Source: Verrucomicrobiales bacterium (GTDB taxonomy: Bacteria; Verrucomicrobiota; Verrucomicrobiia; Limisphaerales; SXQI01). Taken from it: 58,430 nt of DNA. The translations under genes were made by a program, and so were the position numbers. The notes under the pieces are model-generated. The model made no database searches. It had not been told where the DNA came from and saw nothing but the letters and a program-made list of their open reading frames with translations. The stretch's first letter is position 1, and the number at the start of each line of letters is the position of its first letter. The DNA is taken from assembly GCA_005793025.1 (NCBI GenBank), contig SXQI01000074.1, forward strand, positions 1 to 58,430. The letters are read 5' to 3'. Positions 57,511 through 58,430 of the stretch are shown here, piece by piece.

Positions 57511-58430
57511 TCCACAAAATCCCCGGGTAGATGATAGGAAGGATCCGAATAGAGGGCTTTATAAGCAATGGATTGAAGGCCCACAACAGCTGCAACCCCA
57601 AGAATGTCGTGGGCGTTGGAACCTCTAGACACGTCGGCAGCAGGTCGATCGAGTCCAAGAATAATCTGGCCGTAAGCATTCGCTCTCGCGACGTGTTGGA
57701 TCAGTTTGCTGCCGATGTTACCCGAATTCAGATCCGGGAAAACTAGCACGTTTGCCTGTCCGGCGACCTGACTGTCCAAAGTCTTCCTAGAAGCAATCTC
57801 TGGGACCAACGCCGCATCCACCTGCAATTCGCCATCGAATTCTGCTTCCACACCTTTCTGCGACGCTTTGGCCCGGGCTAACGCAGTCGCAGCCTGAACT
57901 TTCCCAATCGATGGATGCGTCGCACTGCCTTTGGTTGAAAACGACAGCAGTGCGACCTTTGGGACGATCCCCGTCAACTGTCGTGCGAGTTGGGCAGTAG
58001 AGACTGCAATATCTGCCAACTGATCTACTGTTGGATCGGGGATTACACCGCAATCCGCCATGAATAGCACCCCTCCAAGACCGAACCGGGTGTCTTCCAC
58101 CTCCATGATCATACAGCTTGATGCGGTGACTGCTTGAGGGGCGACTTTGATGATTTGAAATAAGGGCCGAAGCACACTCCCTGTGTTCACGTTCGTACCT
58201 GACACCAAGCCATCCGCTTGATGCATCGCCACCATCATGGCTCCAAAATAATTAGGTTTGAACATGATTTCGCGGGCTTCATGTTCGCGAATCCCCTTAA
58301 TCCGCCTCAGCAGTTCAAACCGTTTGGCGAAGTTTTCCAACTCCTCACTCTCTGCAGGATTGATGATGCGGATCCCTTCGAGCGAAACATTCAATCGTTC
58401 GGCAGCCTCTTTGATCTTGGGGCGTTCACC
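57507..58430 (-). CDS. pta: phosphate acetyltransferase catalytic (PTA_PTB) domain protein, 5-prime end outside the window
   Basis: Blocks ADGLVSG, SSCMIMEV, FMADCGVIPDP, KVALLSFSTKGS, GELQVDAAL, ANVLVFPDLNSGNI and LGLDRPAADVSRG. The frame stays open to position 58430 (GERPKIKEAAERLNVSLEG). Confidence 0.88.
   Translation of the reverse strand, partial: GERPKIKEAAERLNVSLEGIRIINPAESEELENFAKRFELLRRIKGIREHEAREIMFKPNYFGAMMVAMHQADGLVSGTNVNTGSVLRPLFQIIKVAPQAVTASSCMIMEVEDTRFGLGGVLFMADCGVIPDPTVDQLADIAVSTAQLARQLTGIVPKVALLSFSTKGSATHPSIGKVQAATALARAKASQKGVEAEFDGELQVDAALVPEIASRKTLDSQVAGQANVLVFPDLNSGNIGSKLIQHVARANAYGQIILGLDRPAADVSRGSNAHDILGVAAVVGLQSIAYKALYSDPSYHLPGDFVE

Noticed and set aside
1-58430. Search for CRISPR arrays, tRNA/rRNA genes, IS elements, integrases and phage genes.
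   Set aside because: No regularly spaced direct repeats and no T-loop (GGTTCGAAT-like) or other tRNA hallmarks occur in any gap. No transposase or recombinase-like ORFs are present, and the gaps are too short for rRNA. This was a scan by eye only; tRNAscan-SE and Infernal would be decisive.

Overview
The window is very densely coding, with about 50 protein genes, short or overlapping junctions and intermediate GC by eye (not computed). I found no rRNA, tRNA, CRISPR array, transposase, integrase or prophage signature. The gene content suggests, by inference only, a PVC-superphylum chromosome, most likely Verrucomicrobiota. That content includes a PEP-CTERM protein, a DUF1559/H-X9-DG pseudopilin-like protein and five Gfo/Idh/MocA oxidoreductases, two of them with twin-arginine signals. 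It also includes DUF1080 and PmoA-like proteins, a giant FG-GAP/ASPIC protein, a MoxR-DUF58-DUF4381-BatA-BatB-BatD operon, and HprK/HPr next to lptB. Most of the window is core metabolism and housekeeping: lpxD, panD, livHMGF, folP, glmM, rpoD, rdgB, argA, hisC and pta. I do not see a compelling undescribed system. The items most worth a second look are listed below.
- An orphan N-terminally short GspE-like ATPase, followed by a 483-bp unexplained spacer and a translationally coupled PEP-CTERM/pseudopilin-like gene pair.
- A folP-cdaA-cdaR-glmM c-di-AMP module.
- A Bat operon with BatB+C-like and BatD+E-like fusions and a long charged low-complexity segment.
- A pta locus in which the regulatory AAA_26/DRTGG domain is a separate ORF downstream of the catalytic domain.
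- An RpoD with a lysine-rich N-terminal extension of about 105 aa.
- Two loci built around periplasmic (TAT) Gfo/Idh/MocA oxidoreductases.
All family calls come from motif recognition by eye. No database search was run. Several starts were moved from the ORF track to downstream ATG/GTG codons that remove overlaps and match typical family N-termini.
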